Shown here: positions 44,285 through 54,452 of the stretch, in pieces | Numbering within the stretch: position 1 is the stretch's first letter | Layout of the letters: every line of letters starts with the position of its first letter | Source of the DNA: a bacterium | Lineage (GTDB): Bacteria; Verrucomicrobiota; Kiritimatiellia; CAIKKV01; CAITUY01 | Assembly: GCA_037132275.1 (NCBI GenBank) | Contig: JBAXPK010000009.1 | Span: 1,655 to 65,654 of the forward strand | Reading direction: 5' to 3' | DNA: 64,000 nucleotides | The notes under the pieces: generated by a model | Told to the model about the DNA's origin: nothing | Seen by the model: only the letters and a program-made list of their open reading frames with translations | Databases searched by the model: none | Made by a program: the position numbers and the translations under genes

Positions 44285-46834
44285 TTACCCGCCGTTTCTG
44301 GGCAATTCGATCGGGCAGGGCTTCAGGTTCCAGACCTCGCGCGAATATTCCATGATGGTCCGGTCGGAACTGAACTTGCCCATGTTGGCGATATTCATCA
44401 CGACCATGCTGCCCCATTTGTCCTGGTCGCGATAGGTCTCGTCCACCACTGTTTGGGTTTGGACGTAGGACTGAAAATCAGCCAAATGCATGTAATAGTC
44501 GCCATGCTCCAGCAGGGCTTCCCGGATAGACCGGAATAACCCGGGCTGTTCCAGGTTGATGAAGTCGCCGGACAGGCAGTCAATGATCGTCCGGATGGAT
44601 TCATCGGTGTTGTAATAGTCCCAGGGATTATAGCCGGCGGCGCGGAGGTCGTTGACCTCTTCGATGGTTTTGCCGAAGAGGAAGAAGTTATCGGCACCCA
44701 CTTCCTCCCGGATCTCGATGTTCGCGCCGTCGAGCGTGCCGATCGTCAGCGCGCCGTTCAGGGCAAACTTCATGTTGCCGGTGCCGCTGGCCTCGGTTCC
44801 AGCGGTGCTGATCTGCTCGCTCAGGTCGCTGGCCGGGATGATGCGCTCGGCGAGAGAGACGCGGTAATCGCTCAGGAAGACCACCTTCATGCGGCCCCGC
44901 ACATCGGGATCGGTGTTGATCACGGAGGAGAGGTCATTGATGAGCTTGATGATCAACTTGGCCATGGCGTACCCCGGGGCCGCCTTGCCGCCGAAGATGA
45001 AGGTCCGGGGCTGGACGAACATGTTGGGATCCTTCTTGATCTGCGTATAGCGGTGCAGGATGTGCAGGCAGTTGAGAAGCTGGCGCTTGTATTCGTGCAT
45101 GCGCTTGACCTGGACGTCAAAAAGGGAGTTGGGATCCACATCCACGCCGTGAGCGACCCGGATATAGTCCGCCAGGCGAACCTTGTTATCCAGTTTGATG
45201 CGGCGCAGATCGGCCTTGAATTCCGCCTCCTTGGCGTAGCGCTCGAGTTTCTTGAGATCGTAGAGGTTCTTGATCCAGCCGTCGCCGATTCTTTTGGTGA
45301 TCAGGGACGCCAGGGCGGGATTGCTCTTGAGCAGCCAGCGGCGCTGGGTGATGCCGTTGGTCATATTGGTGAATTTCTGCGGCCACAACTCGAAGAAATC
45401 CTTGAACAGGGTTTCCTTGAGCAACTGGGAGTGCAGCGCGGCCACGCCATTGACTTTGTGGCTGCCCACCACGGCGAGGTTCGCCATGCGGAGCTGTTTT
45501 TCATGGCCTTCCTCAACGAGCGACATGCGACCGAGGCGCTCGTGGTCGTTCGGAAACTTGTTCATGACCTGTCGCAGGAAGCGGCGATTAATTTCGTAAA
45601 TGATGGTCAGATGTCGCGGCAGCAGATCCTCGAAAAGCCGGACGGGCCATTTCTCCAGTGCCTCGGGCATGATGGTGTGGTTCGTGTAGCCGAATACGCG
45701 CGTGGTCAGATCCCACGCCAGATCCCAGTCCAGGCCGTTTGTGTCAATCAAAAGGCGCATCATCTCGGCAATACCCATGGCGGGATGGGTGTCGTTCAAC
45801 TGGATCGCGACCTTATCGGGCAGTACGCGCCAATCGGTATTGTTGACCCGGAAGCGGCGCAGGATATCCTGAAGCGAACAGGAGACGAAGAAGTACTGTT
45901 GCTTGAAGCGGAGTTCGCGGCCCTGCTCGATGCGGTCATTGGGGTACAGGATCTTGGTGATGTTCTCGCGCAGGATCTTCTGTTCATAGGCGCGGATGTA
46001 ATCGCCATTGTTGAAGAACGAGAGGTCGAACTCTTCCGAGGCCTTGGCCGTCCAGAGGCGCAGGTTGTTCACCGTGTTGTTGCCGTAACCGGCGACGGGG
46101 AAATCGTAGGGCATGCCGATGATCGTATCGTGATTGACCCAGCGCGAGGTATGGCGCCCCTGGTCGTCGCGCTCATCCTTGACTTCGCCGCCGAAATGGA
46201 CGGGATACTGGTATTCGGGCCGCTCAATGTCCCACGGGGTTCCATCACGGAGCCAGTTGTCGGGCTCCTCAACCTGGTTCCCGTTGCGGAGCGCCTGACG
46301 GAAGATACCGTAGTCGTAGCGGATGCCGTAGCCGTAGCCGGGGAGTTCGAGTGTGGCCAGCGAGTCGATAAAGCAGGCGGCCAGACGGCCGAGACCGCCG
46401 TTGCCGAGGGCGGCATCGCGCTCCAGATCGCGCAGATAGTTCCAGTCGAGGCCCAGTTCGGCCATGGCTTTGGCGACAATCTGGTCAAGCCCGAGGTTGA
46501 TCACATTGTTCCCCATGGCCCGGCCGATGAGATACTCCAGGGACAGATAATAAACGCGTTTGACGTTGCGCGAGACGTAGGTCTGGCTGGTTTGGATCCA
46601 TCGGCCGATCAGGCGGTCGCGGACAGACATGGCGAGGGCGATGTAGCGGTCATGGTCGGTCGCCGAGTACTGGTCGCGGGCCAGCGTGTATCGCAAATGG
46701 TTCTCGAAGCTTAATTTGATGGCTTCGACGGTGTCGAGGGTGCGGTATTGACGCAAATCATCACAGGGCGCCACTCCGTTATTAGTGCTGTCGGATGGGC
46801 GTTTCTTTTTCATGGTTGTCGTCGTCTTGGCCAT
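44285..46834 (-). CDS. glgP: Glycogen/alpha-glucan phosphorylase
   Basis: 849 aa with ..GNGGLGRLAACF.. and the EASGTGNMKFALNG PLP-Lys motif. Confidence 0.95.
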   Translation of the reverse strand: MAKTTTTMKKKRPSDSTNNGVAPCDDLRQYRTLDTVEAIKLSFENHLRYTLARDQYSATDHDRYIALAMSVRDRLIGRWIQTSQTYVSRNVKRVYYLSLEYLIGRAMGNNVINLGLDQIVAKAMAELGLDWNYLRDLERDAALGNGGLGRLAACFIDSLATLELPGYGYGIRYDYGIFRQALRNGNQVEEPDNWLRDGTPWDIERPEYQYPVHFGGEVKDERDDQGRHTSRWVNHDTIIGMPYDFPVAGYGNNTVNNLRLWTAKASEEFDLSFFNNGDYIRAYEQKILRENITKILYPNDRIEQGRELRFKQQYFFVSCSLQDILRRFRVNNTDWRVLPDKVAIQLNDTHPAMGIAEMMRLLIDTNGLDWDLAWDLTTRVFGYTNHTIMPEALEKWPVRLFEDLLPRHLTIIYEINRRFLRQVMNKFPNDHERLGRMSLVEEGHEKQLRMANLAVVGSHKVNGVAALHSQLLKETLFKDFFELWPQKFTNMTNGITQRRWLLKSNPALASLITKRIGDGWIKNLYDLKKLERYAKEAEFKADLRRIKLDNKVRLADYIRVAHGVDVDPNSLFDVQVKRMHEYKRQLLNCLHILHRYTQIKKDPNMFVQPRTFIFGGKAAPGYAMAKLIIKLINDLSSVINTDPDVRGRMKVVFLSDYRVSLAERIIPASDLSEQISTAGTEASGTGNMKFALNGALTIGTLDGANIEIREEVGADNFFLFGKTIEEVNDLRAAGYNPWDYYNTDESIRTIIDCLSGDFINLEQPGLFRSIREALLEHGDYYMHLADFQSYVQTQTVVDETYRDQDKWGSMVVMNIANMGKFSSDRTIMEYSREVWNLKPCPIELPRNGG

Positions 46835-46971
46835 AGTCTACCCCAGTTTGTTGTCATGCATCGAAACAAGCAGGAAGTATAGAGTAAATTGGGCGGAATG
46901 GCAAATAGCATGCCGCGTTTAGGGTGCAGGTTATGATTGACTCAGAAGGCGGGTTGATTGAAGCTTGCCGC

Positions 46972-47379
46972 ATGAAAACATCGACAACATTAGTTTCCTC
47001 AAAGGTTAGGGTTTGGAAATTTGGTCGTTTGGGAATTGGGGGCGTCGTGCTCCTGACGGCCGCTGCGGCGGTGTTGGCGGCGGAAAGCCCCCCGCCAAAA
47101 GACCTGGGCTTGTTCTTTCAGCAAAATTGCGCCCGCTGCCACGGGGCGAACGGGGATGGGCGTGATGCGACAGGCAAGCACCTTCGTGGAGCGGTTTTTA
47201 CCACTCCACAATGGCAGCAGAATAACAATGATACGGCCATGGCCAAGGTCATCCTCAAGGGTAAGTTCTTCGGACTGGCAATGCCCGCTTTCAAGGATTC
47301 GCTCAGCCAGGATGAGGCCCTTCGCCTGGTCAGGGATATCCTTCATAAGCAATTGGGCGCACCCAAGCCTCGTCCGTGA
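46972..47379 (+). CDS. Small exported c-type cytochrome
   Basis: Signal or TM segment, CARCH haem-binding motif, distal ..GLAMPAF.. Met. Confidence 0.8.
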   Translation: MKTSTTLVSSKVRVWKFGRLGIGGVVLLTAAAAVLAAESPPPKDLGLFFQQNCARCHGANGDGRDATGKHLRGAVFTTPQWQQNNNDTAMAKVILKGKFFGLAMPAFKDSLSQDEALRLVRDILHKQLGAPKPRP

Positions 47380-47822
47380 TACGATTCGATCGCCATCATA
47401 TGAAAACTTGTTCCCTGCGCGAATCTGAAGCCGTCGAGCCGAAACAGCTTGCCGCCCTGCTCGAGTTTATTCCCGTCTTTGAGGATCCGACTTTCTGTCC
47501 CGAACGGATAATACCGGTTGATGAATCCGAACTGCCTGATGTGGATTTCATGAAGGTGGTATCGCGTTTCATGGATGCCTGCTACAAGAACGGGTTCGTG
47601 GTCCGCTTTGACTGGGAAGCGTGGGAGGCTGAGGGAATGGGCTACGTCAGGACGCCGGAATTATTAAAGGAGGCCGATCTGAATGGATTGCGTCGGTTGC
47701 TCACCTGGCATGTCCGGCAAAACCGGTTTGTCAGGCTCCACGTCGCCACCATGATCGCCACGGGACATATTTTGCAAGTGTTGAAACGCTTGAACGAGCT
47801 GGTTATCCCAGAATGTCCTTGA
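47376..47822 (+). CDS. Hypothetical protein coupled to the cytochrome c gene
   Basis: GTG at 47376 overlaps the upstream stop; an alternative ATG is at 47400. No motif recognised. Confidence 0.5.
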   Translation: MIRFDRHHMKTCSLRESEAVEPKQLAALLEFIPVFEDPTFCPERIIPVDESELPDVDFMKVVSRFMDACYKNGFVVRFDWEAWEAEGMGYVRTPELLKEADLNGLRRLLTWHVRQNRFVRLHVATMIATGHILQVLKRLNELVIPECP

Positions 47823-49017
47823 GCCCCTCGATCAGGCGGTCAATGTCGGCATGGGTGTTGAAAACATGGGTCGAGGCCCGTATCGTTCCCTCCAGTTTTA
47901 ACCGATGGTGAAGAATGTGGGCGCAATGATAGCCGCCGCTTACCAGAATCTGGTGCCGGTCAAACAATTGACGGGCCACGGCATCGGCGCTGAGCCCGCT
48001 GGTTTCCACTTTGAAGGTTGCCAGTCCGATCCGATGAGTTAAGGGAACGCTGCCGGCAAGAACGTTTACTTCCGGGATGGCACCCAGTGCTTCCACAAGA
48101 TGCCTGCCCAGGTCAAACGAGTGGCTGGCAACCGCCTCCATACCGATGGCGCGAAGATAAGCCACTGCGGCGCCAAGCCCGATCACTCCCTCGATATTGG
48201 GCGTTCCCGCCTCGAAACGGAGAGGAAGTGCGTGAGCGACAAACCGGTCATCGCTATGGAATTTCACCATTCCGCCGCCAGTTTGATACAAGGACAGCGC
48301 GTCCAGCCGTTCCCGTTTCCCATACAAAATTCCGACGCCGGACGGGCCCAGCAATTTGTGCCCCGAGGTCGCCAGGAAATCGCAATCAAGCGCCTTGACG
48401 TCGATGGGAATATGACTGGCACTCTGGGAGGCATCAAGGAACACGGGCACATTCCGGGCATGGGCTGCGGCAATCCACGGCTCCACCGGCGCCAGCACCC
48501 CCAGTGTGTTTGAAACCTGGGCTATTGTCGCCAGCCGAGTTCGGGGCGACAGGAGCGAATCGATTTGGTCGTAAAGGGGAACCCCTTCGGAATCAAGGTC
48601 GACAGGCATCACCCTGGCATGAACCCGCCAGGGCATGAAGTTGGAGTGATGTTCGGAAGGAGCCAGGATCACCTCGTCATCAGACTTCAAGACAAGCCCG
48701 TGCGCCACGAGGTTAATGGCTTCCGTGGTGTTGCGCGTAAAGATAATCTCATCCGGCGAGGCGTTCAGGAATGAGGCCACCTCATGGCGGGCCCGCTCGA
48801 ATAAATCGGTCGCTTCCTCCGAGAGGCCATGGACACCCCGGTGGACATTGGCGGTGTGGTTTTCGTAAAACCGGGTGACCGCATCGATGACGCACCGGGG
48901 TTTGGGAGCCGTGGACGCACTGTCGAGGTGCGTGATGGTGTGGCCATCAACCTGTCTCTTGAGCAGGGGAAAATCCGCCCGGGTCCAGGCTAGCGGATCG
49001 GTTCGAGGTGAATTCAT
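47803..49017 (-). CDS. Class V aminotransferase, SufS/CsdA-like cysteine desulfurase
   Basis: ..ANVHRGVH..TSGHKLLGPSGVGILYG.. (PLP-Lys) and ..GGYHCAH.. active-site Cys context. Confidence 0.85.
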   Translation of the reverse strand: MNSPRTDPLAWTRADFPLLKRQVDGHTITHLDSASTAPKPRCVIDAVTRFYENHTANVHRGVHGLSEEATDLFERARHEVASFLNASPDEIIFTRNTTEAINLVAHGLVLKSDDEVILAPSEHHSNFMPWRVHARVMPVDLDSEGVPLYDQIDSLLSPRTRLATIAQVSNTLGVLAPVEPWIAAAHARNVPVFLDASQSASHIPIDVKALDCDFLATSGHKLLGPSGVGILYGKRERLDALSLYQTGGGMVKFHSDDRFVAHALPLRFEAGTPNIEGVIGLGAAVAYLRAIGMEAVASHSFDLGRHLVEALGAIPEVNVLAGSVPLTHRIGLATFKVETSGLSADAVARQLFDRHQILVSGGYHCAHILHHRLKLEGTIRASTHVFNTHADIDRLIEGLKDILG

Positions 49018-50333
49018 CGGGACTCCTCTCCTGTCATGAACAGGGCTTCATGGTTCCATGCCCCCGAAGTCCGGGCAAGGCGGAATTTTCCGGATGGTTC
49101 CGTGGGTATGGCGGCCTCAGGTCGCATGATGATGCAGGCGCCCGGCCCATAAATCGACTGTAGGCCGGCTTGGAGTACCAACTTCGGCTCGGCCTGACCC
49201 GTTGAGGCGACGTAGTGGAAAATATAATCACAGGCGCCTGTTTGCTCCATCTGGTAGGACACAAGGGCATCCATTTCGCCCACCGTTCGGTCAAGGTCAT
49301 CCACCGTGACGGCCCGGCCGGTTTCCGTAAACGTCAAATCCCTCGTTCGCCCTAGGATACGGGCTGCCGTCAGACCCCTTGAGCGGCCGCAGGGACAGGC
49401 ACCGGTTTCAAGCCGGATCAGATCGCCGATATCAAAACGAAGGAGGCAGACCCATGGATTCCCGAGCGTGGTGACCAGAATCCGGCCGACACGCGGATCG
49501 CCGAGGGAGGGGGTCAAGGGCTGGAAGTCCAAATGGCAGTACTCCGTGTTCTGGTGGAAGCGTCCGTGCTCGCATTCGGTGAGGATATGTCCCGTCTCCG
49601 TGGATCCATAAGAACTCAGGATCGGGGTGCGGGGGAAGACGGGCTTGATATGCCGATAATGGAGGCGAGAGGGGAACTCATAGGTCAGGGAGACAAACCG
49701 GGGTTGATACAGGGCGCGGCCCTGTTCCCGGGCATAGCGGCACAGAATGGCCAGATAGGCGGGGTCGGCCTCAAGCAGGTCCGGTTGGAACTGGTCCAGT
49801 TCGTGGATCATCCGGTCCATGTCATGCGGCAGCCAGCGGGTCGGATCCGTCTGCTGGTTGAGAAACAAAAGGCGTCCCAAGGTACGCTCCTCGAGAGATA
49901 ATTCGCCGATATGGCAAACAGTTCCGGCGCATAGCGGCGTGGTGAGGACCGCCTCGCGTTGACGCCCGGTGATGACGCGGTCGAGACCGGTGTGAAGAGA
50001 TGCGGCGGCCTGTTCGGAAGCATCCCACCAGGGTTGATACCAGACGATGGACGAACGATCCTCGGTGGTGCCACTGGTGGTGACCCATTCCACTTCGCCC
50101 GATACCAGACCGGCTTTTAAGTTTCGATCCCGGGGCACAAACCCCTTTGGCATGTGCGCCCGGATATCACGTTTGGTCAAAACGGGAAGGGCGGCGTATC
50201 GTTGTTCCAGGGGGCATTCCGACCCCGGGTCAAACGCTCGCCAGCTCTCGTAGAAAGGGACATTTGCGAGCGCATGATCCAATGCATTCGGGTTCACTAG
50301 TGGATGTTCCGGGAATTGTATTGTTTTGGGCAT
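49014..50333 (-). CDS. Adenylate-forming enzyme of the phenylacetate-CoA ligase / F390-synthetase (CapK-like) family
   Basis: TSGTTEDRS and YGSTETG ANL-superfamily motifs, with PaaK-like length. Confidence 0.7.
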   Translation of the reverse strand: MPKTIQFPEHPLVNPNALDHALANVPFYESWRAFDPGSECPLEQRYAALPVLTKRDIRAHMPKGFVPRDRNLKAGLVSGEVEWVTTSGTTEDRSSIVWYQPWWDASEQAAASLHTGLDRVITGRQREAVLTTPLCAGTVCHIGELSLEERTLGRLLFLNQQTDPTRWLPHDMDRMIHELDQFQPDLLEADPAYLAILCRYAREQGRALYQPRFVSLTYEFPSRLHYRHIKPVFPRTPILSSYGSTETGHILTECEHGRFHQNTEYCHLDFQPLTPSLGDPRVGRILVTTLGNPWVCLLRFDIGDLIRLETGACPCGRSRGLTAARILGRTRDLTFTETGRAVTVDDLDRTVGEMDALVSYQMEQTGACDYIFHYVASTGQAEPKLVLQAGLQSIYGPGACIIMRPEAAIPTEPSGKFRLARTSGAWNHEALFMTGEESR

Positions 50334-51115
50334 CAGCCGATCCTAAAGCCGCGCATGGAGATGGATCCGAGGACGACCTCTTCCGTGAAAAACGATAGCG
50401 CCTCATTCTTCTCCTGGAGCGCCAGCGCGTAGAGCATTGGTAGATAATGTTCGTTTGTGGGGATGGCCAGCGCTGCCGTGGCCCCTAGCCGGGCATAATG
50501 AACCAATGCGTCATGGTCGCGTGTCTCGATAAGCGTTTTCAATTTTGCGTCAAATTCCGACGCCCACTCGAAAGGCTTGTTTGTCCATTCCATCAGGCCA
50601 AGGTTGTGAACCATGTTGCCGCTTCCAACGATCAGCAGGCCCCGTTCTCGCAAAGGGGCTAGTTCGCGGCCGATCTCGTAATGGCGGTGCGGCGGCAACG
50701 CACGATTAAGGCTCAGTTGGAAAACGGGCACGTTCGCCTTTGGATACATGCGGCAGAGGACGGACCATGTGCCGTGATCCAAACCCCAGTTCATATCCGG
50801 TTTGACCGTTATAGAATGGATGATTTCGCAGGTTGTCCGTACCCATTCCGGTGATCCGTCGGTCGGATACTGTTTCATAAACAGTTCCGGTGGAAAGCCC
50901 CCAAAGTCGTGAATGGTCTTTGGTTTCGGCATGGCCGTCACCCATGTCCCGTCGGTTTCCCAGTGTGCGGAGATGCAGAGTATGGCTTGTGGATGGGGCA
51001 GAGCCGCCCCCAATGCCGCCCAGGTGCGGCTGAATTTATTATCCTCGAGTGCATTCATGGGGCTGCCATGGCCGACGAAAAGCACTGGCATTTTTGTCGT
51101 GGTTCCCGTGGTCAT
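50333..51115 (-). CDS. ygiD: Class III extradiol dioxygenase, 4,5-DOPA dioxygenase (YgiD)-like
   Basis: MPVLFVGHGSPMNA..ISAHWE..DHG..VGSGNMVHNL motifs. Confidence 0.85.
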   Translation of the reverse strand: MTTGTTTKMPVLFVGHGSPMNALEDNKFSRTWAALGAALPHPQAILCISAHWETDGTWVTAMPKPKTIHDFGGFPPELFMKQYPTDGSPEWVRTTCEIIHSITVKPDMNWGLDHGTWSVLCRMYPKANVPVFQLSLNRALPPHRHYEIGRELAPLRERGLLIVGSGNMVHNLGLMEWTNKPFEWASEFDAKLKTLIETRDHDALVHYARLGATAALAIPTNEHYLPMLYALALQEKNEALSFFTEEVVLGSISMRGFRIG

Positions 51116-51441
51116 CGTGCCGAACCCTCCAGCGATACGATTGTCACCCCGCTGCCGCCGGGGGTTTGGCCGGCTTCGCCCAGCCTGAAGTGAGTGATCC
51201 CCAGGGCCTTCAAACGCTGGTGAATGGCCTTGCGCAACGCACCGGTGCCGTGCCCGTGAATAAGGCGGACTTCCAGAAACCCCTCCAGCATAGCGTCGCT
51301 CAGGAACAGGTCGAGGCGGGGCAGCATGTCCTCCACTCTCAGCCCATGCATGTCGATTTCACTTGCCGCCCCGGGCCGCCGCGCGGAACGGCGGATCAAA
51401 ACCCGGTTCCTCATTGTATTGCCGGACGCTTGTTTTTTCAT
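51112..51441 (-). CDS. Smr-domain protein
   Basis: ..IDMHGLRVEDMLPRLDLFL..VRLIHGHGTGALR.. Smr signature. 4-bp overlap with ygiD. Confidence 0.8.
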   Translation of the reverse strand: MKKQASGNTMRNRVLIRRSARRPGAASEIDMHGLRVEDMLPRLDLFLSDAMLEGFLEVRLIHGHGTGALRKAIHQRLKALGITHFRLGEAGQTPGGSGVTIVSLEGSAR

Positions 51442-51599
51442 GTGATGTTTTTAATAGAACGGAACAAGGAGATATTGCTTTGTTTAATAAGTTGTGACAA
51501 GCACAGTTGCCTGCTGCTTGTTATGTGCGGAACGATATGGTCTACTTTCAGCAGTAATGGCGGTATTCTGTAAATAAGTAGGGCGAGGTTAACACAAAG

Positions 51600-52874
51600 A
51601 TGGGCGATTTTTTGCATTCTGCGGCTATTGGTTCCACAACGCTTGTTGCGGTCATGGTGATGTACCAGTTCGTCCTGGCGATTGCGGCCTATTTTCACAG
51701 GCGTCGGGCGGTCAGGGAAATGGGGCGAGCCATGCCTGGCTTGGAGCAATACCCGCCGATTACCATTTTGGTGCCCGCCCACAATGAAGAGGTGGTGATC
51801 GAGCGTACGGTGAGAACCTTGCTGGCGTTGCGGTATCCCGAAACCAAACTGACGTTGCTGGTCATCGATGACGCCTCGACAGACGGCACCGCAGCGATCC
51901 TGGACCGCCTGCACAGGGAAAACCCGCGCGTTCAGGTTTACCACCGCCAAAAACCGGACGGCGGGCTTGGCAAAGCGGCCGCCCTTAACGCCGCCACTCT
52001 GCGCGTTACGGACGATTATATCGCCGTCTACGACGCGGACAACTGCCCCGAGCCGGATTCGTTATTGCGGTTGATGGCGCGTTTCATCGAAAACCCGTCG
52101 TTGGCGGCGGCGGTTGGAAAGTTTCGCTGCGGCAACAAACGCCAGAACTTTCTCACCCGTTGCGTCAACATTGAGGGCCTGTGTTTCCAGGACATTGTAC
52201 AGGCCGGCCGCCATATGATCTTTGGCATCGCCTTTTTAACCGGTACCAACTACGTGATTAAAAAGAGTGTCCTTTTGGAGGTCGGCGGGTGGGACGAAGA
52301 GGCGCTGGCGGAGGATAGCGAACTTTCCACTCGCTTATACATGGGACAATACCGCGTTGACTATGTGCCCTGTTCACAGACCTGGGAGCAGGAGCCGGAG
52401 ACCATGAGGGTATGGATGAAGCAACGCACCCGCTGGGCGCGTGGCAACAACTATGCCATCATGAAAATCATCCGTACCTTTGCGATGTCGAAAGACAAGT
52501 GGCGCACCTTCGAGAATCTACTCATGTTGGCGATGAGTTATCTCTTTCTGATGGCCATTGTCATCTCTCAAACCATCTTGATCCTGTCGTTATGTGGATT
52601 CAATCACATCGGCCACGATGCCGGGTGGATCTTCGGATTCTGGAAGTTAGCTGCCTTTATGTACGTTGCGCAAGTCTGGTACACCCTCGCCCTTGAGCGG
52701 GAAGCGCAGCCGGTGAACGTGCTGGTTGGCCTGTTGATGTACTTCTTCTATGGTTACCTCTGGATGGCCGCCATTGTCCGCGCCCTCTATCACGACGTGG
52801 TCGTAAGGAAGGAGCGCATCTGGGACAAGACGGCGCGTTTCGAGACTGAACTGGAGGTCGGCGACCAGGCGTAG
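51600..52874 (+). CDS. Family 2 glycosyltransferase, processive (PgaC/NodC/cellulose-synthase-like)
   Basis: DDASTDGT, YDADN, ..GT(N).., QRTRWARG (QxxRW) motifs, plus N- and C-terminal TM helices. Confidence 0.85.
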   Translation: MGDFLHSAAIGSTTLVAVMVMYQFVLAIAAYFHRRRAVREMGRAMPGLEQYPPITILVPAHNEEVVIERTVRTLLALRYPETKLTLLVIDDASTDGTAAILDRLHRENPRVQVYHRQKPDGGLGKAAALNAATLRVTDDYIAVYDADNCPEPDSLLRLMARFIENPSLAAAVGKFRCGNKRQNFLTRCVNIEGLCFQDIVQAGRHMIFGIAFLTGTNYVIKKSVLLEVGGWDEEALAEDSELSTRLYMGQYRVDYVPCSQTWEQEPETMRVWMKQRTRWARGNNYAIMKIIRTFAMSKDKWRTFENLLMLAMSYLFLMAIVISQTILILSLCGFNHIGHDAGWIFGFWKLAAFMYVAQVWYTLALEREAQPVNVLVGLLMYFFYGYLWMAAIVRALYHDVVVRKERIWDKTARFETELEVGDQA

Positions 52875-52965
52875 TCACCCCTTTGACACCTCCAGGCGCT
52901 GTCTGCCTGATGATTCAATCCGGGAATTGCTGGGCTTCAGGAGGTCGCGCTGGTATAAAGGCGGC

Positions 52966-53535
52966 ATGAGCGACCGGCGTGAGTTGGATCAGGAGTTGGT
53001 GGCCCGATCCCGGGAGGGTGACCACGCGGCGTATACGCAACTCATGGATTACTATCAGGCTCCCATTCTGAACTTCGTTTATCGTATGGTGGGCAACCGG
53101 GAAGAGGCGGAAGATATCGCCCAGGATGTGTTTGTCAGGGCCTATCGAAAACTTGGCTCGTTTGCCTTTCGCTCGTCACGCGATCGGTTTTCGACATGGC
53201 TGTTTCAGTTGGCCCGAAATGCGACAGTAGATGTTTTGAGACGGCGGCAACGGCGTCCCGTTCAGTCGCTTGATGAATTCCCGCTGCTGGCGCCCGTGAC
53301 CGTTGGTGACCCCGCCCTGGACGCCGGTGACAGGGAACAGGAACGGGCGATTGCCGCCGCCATCGCCGAACTTCCCGAAGACCAGCGCATCGCCCTGGTG
53401 CTTTCAGTCTATGAGGGGCAGCCTTATGCCGATATTGCCGTGATTATGAATGCCTCCGTGAAATCGGTGGAGGCGAGAATTTACCGCGCCCGTCAGTTCT
53501 TGCGGCAGCGGTTGGCGCTTTTTTTGTCGCAATAA
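52966..53535 (+). CDS. ECF-type RNA polymerase sigma factor
   Basis: ..AEDIAQDVFVRAY.. (region 2) and ..LPEDQRIALVLSVYEGQPYADIAVIM.. (region 4). Confidence 0.9.
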   Translation: MSDRRELDQELVARSREGDHAAYTQLMDYYQAPILNFVYRMVGNREEAEDIAQDVFVRAYRKLGSFAFRSSRDRFSTWLFQLARNATVDVLRRRQRRPVQSLDEFPLLAPVTVGDPALDAGDREQERAIAAAIAELPEDQRIALVLSVYEGQPYADIAVIMNASVKSVEARIYRARQFLRQRLALFLSQ

Positions 53536-53590
53536 TATTTCTGCGAGGGTTTTTGCTTCCGCCAGCGTTTTAAGAAGTAGAGGGAGAGGA

Positions 53591-53947
53591 ATGTTGAGTG
53601 TGAAAAGTAATTATTCATACAGTGGCTTGCCTGAGGACGAGAAACTTGATGCGTTGCTGAAAACGTATGGGGGCATTACCCCTGCGCCAGATTTCAATGA
53701 GGCGGTTTGGCAGCGATTAAGTATAGATAAATCCCGGAATAAGGCGCAGCCTGTCCTGACATGGGTCAGGGTTAATGTGAAACCCTTCGATGCGGTTGCG
53801 GCTTTGGCGGGCGTGGCGGCTGGGTTTATCCTGTCCCTGCAAGTCCTATCCCACGGGGTAGCGCCGGCGGATCCGCGTTTTCAAATACTCAATTCCGCGA
53901 GTTTGACGGGGGGCTATATGCAGTTGGCTTCACAGGGGGTGAAATGA
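53591..53947 (+). CDS. Putative anti-sigma factor (single TM)
   Basis: Position immediately after the ECF sigma gene. One TM (AALAGVAAGFILSLQVL). 4-bp overlap with the next gene. The call rests on position, not on a motif. Confidence 0.5.
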   Translation: MLSVKSNYSYSGLPEDEKLDALLKTYGGITPAPDFNEAVWQRLSIDKSRNKAQPVLTWVRVNVKPFDAVAALAGVAAGFILSLQVLSHGVAPADPRFQILNSASLTGGYMQLASQGVK

Positions 53948-54420
53948 ACTATAAACGATTAACGTTATTGCTGGCAGGGGTATTGGTGACGTTGGTTGCG
54001 CTTCTGCTCATTCGCCCGATGATGGAGTGTACGGTTCCTTCAATTGAATCGATCAACGACAGCCGCTGGCTTAAAAAAACATTGAAGTTAACCCCGGCAC
54101 AGGCGGCGGAAATCCAGAGCCTTCACCAGGAGTTGGGGAAGACGCTGGCCGGGTGTTGCGGTCGGCATTGCCGGGCACGGGCCTCCCTGATGGAGGCGCT
54201 GTTTGCCTCGACGAATGGGTTGGAGCGGTCACAGGCGCTTATTGATGAGATGTGCCGGGCACAGGCTGCGAGCGAGCTGGCGACGCTGACTAATATTTAT
54301 CGTGTGCGCGAGGTGCTGACCCCAAAACAGAGGGAGCTATACGAGCGCCAGGTGAAATCCATGGATTGTATGAGCGGAACGGCGGGTGGCGGGGCTACCT
54401 GTGGATGTATGGGTAAGTGA
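53944..54420 (+). CDS. Periplasmic CpxP/Spy/ZraP-like heavy-metal sensor protein with a Cys-rich C-terminus
   Basis: LTPAQ and LTPKQ (LTXXQ) motifs. C-terminal CMSGTAGGGATCGCMGK. Confidence 0.65.
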   Translation: MNYKRLTLLLAGVLVTLVALLLIRPMMECTVPSIESINDSRWLKKTLKLTPAQAAEIQSLHQELGKTLAGCCGRHCRARASLMEALFASTNGLERSQALIDEMCRAQAASELATLTNIYRVREVLTPKQRELYERQVKSMDCMSGTAGGGATCGCMGK

Positions 54421-54452
54421 TAAAACAGAAAGAAGTGAGAAAGGAAAAGAAG

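Noticed and set aside
45053-46714. Long antisense ORFs. Examples: 45053-46714 (+) opposite glgP, 30752-32080 (-) opposite the TPR gene, 36731-37753 (-), 3328-4182 (-), 41282-42211 (-), 12615-13484 (+), 60899-61654 (-), 19985-20722 (+).
   Set aside because: These are typical shadow ORFs of GC-rich coding regions. Their translations are Arg/Gly/Pro/His-rich low-complexity sequence with no motifs. Each lies entirely opposite a gene with strong family signatures.
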